A stretch of 64,000 bases of DNA from Paragordius varius (Eukaryota > Animalia > Nematomorpha), in the NCBI GenBank assembly GCA_964247055.1, contig OZ176052.1, forward strand, positions 186,001 to 250,000, read 5' to 3'. The notes under the pieces were generated by a model. That model searched no databases. It saw only the letters and a program-made list of their open reading frames with translations, and was not told the DNA's origin. This document shows positions 62,760 through 64,000 of the stretch, one piece after another. Every line of letters starts with the position of its first letter. Position 1 is the first letter of the stretch. A program made the translations under genes and the position numbers.

Positions 62760-63890
62760 AAATATTCCTCCAAGGGAATTTATATTTGATCTTGTTAGTT
62801 GGTCTAATTGCACCACATTCCTTTTGATTCGATGACTGTTGTTTTGTTTAAGGCTAGATCACCGTAACAGAGCTATGTTCAAGAACATTTGTGTTGTTGA
62901 TTGGAGGTGATGAGCAATGATTGGCTGTGTTGATGTTTAAACTGTGGCTAATGAATTAACTTAATTAGCCATGGCGCTTGTAAAAACGGTTTTGATAACT
63001 TAGCTACCATTTTACTAGGACCAGAGCTGTTATAGGAGCCATATTGTTGAATAATCATCAGGCTTCCGAATCGAAAATTAAGTAACATGGTGTTAAATAT
63101 GTTAACTGTTGGTCGTTTTTAGAATACCGTTATCACTTCCGAAGGCCATAGGAAGTATCTTGACCTCGTTTGGGTTTTGAGACAATAAGGGCATCAGCTG
63201 GATGTATTTGTCCACCTTATTGATACAGGTTGAGACCAAAGCCCCCCGCGTTCATCAAGGCAGGTCACGTCAATTAGAAAATGAATGCCGTGATATTTAT
63301 TACTAAATATAATAAAGACGAAGGGTACCCGGATAAGAGTAGTCGTACAAAGCTTCAACGCAACATAAAAATGTTTAAAGTAATCATAAAGACGATGTAA
63401 TAGTGAGCTATTTATTCGTAAGAAATCTTAGCACTGATTAAAGATATGTAGTAAAGTGGGTGCCGCTATCATCACTATTGCGATGATGCGGGAACCTGGA
63501 CGAGTGTTTGTAGGGTTTTTAATTTGAGTTGATTCAATGAATCTTCAATTTTGAATCCTACCTCGGATGTTTTGAAAGAGGAACTGGTCTAGGGGGAAGC
63601 CGCCTCGATGCGAGCTTGGGAATGACGATAAGGCTATGTAAAAACGGATAATTATTTTAGACTAAATAGTTCGAACAAGGCGGCGGAAGAATGGGTCAAT
63701 GTTAAGGTTGTTACCCTTTTATAAAAAAGTGCTAATTGGAATAGTCCTATAGAGTAGACCGAGAAGCACGATGCCGTACGAAATTAGCTGAAATATTGGA
63801 GACATTAATGATTTCAAATTATTTGATGGAAATTTTGAAATATACGAGACAGAGCGAAGTCGAGTGGTCGCTGAAATTTGGTGGTTAATA
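62760..63890 (-). mobile_element. Highly decayed 3' part of a non-LTR element (possible zinc-knuckle/REL region)
   Basis: Higher GC, stop-ridden. Motif-like remnants CPYC, HI.HH, YKRHG and GDLALNKTTVIE occur in an order compatible with R2/NeSL-type elements. Confidence 0.35.
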
Positions 63891-64000
63891 TGGTAGAAAG
63901 TTCAAGTTGGCCCTTTGACTTTTTTGTTTTTAATTTTTATCAATCAAATCGTAAATAATTCATCTATTTTATTGTTTTTAAACCTATTTTCTATTATTTA

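Overview
AT-rich, intron-rich eukaryotic (animal-like) genomic DNA; the species cannot be identified from the sequence alone. Five protein-coding genes were reconstructed by hand with GT-AG, phase-consistent exon chains. (1) RPA1: minus strand, 12 exons, ~631 aa. (2) A classical calpain with a long Gly/Gln-rich N-terminus: minus strand, 19 exons, ~869 aa. (3) RPS11: plus strand, 4 exons, 155 aa. (4) An intronless Myt1/PKMYT1-type kinase: plus strand, 507 aa. (5) Spartin/SPG20: minus strand, 14 exons, ~621 aa. The most striking structure is that the whole Myt1 CDS lies on the SAME strand inside intron 1 of RPS11. A proximal acceptor would define a 27-nt micro-intron, similar to 25- and 26-nt introns in RPA1 and spartin. 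RPS11 intron 3 carries a candidate box C/D snoRNA with a 10-nt guide to 28S rRNA. Introns are inflated by two abundant MITE-like families, by local tandem duplications (two of which amplify calpain splice junctions 6-8 times) and by a ~1.5-kb minisatellite. Also present are a decayed Tc1/IS630-type transposase and a cluster of decayed non-LTR retrotransposon fragments. Exon coordinates are hand-derived; repeat boundaries are approximate.
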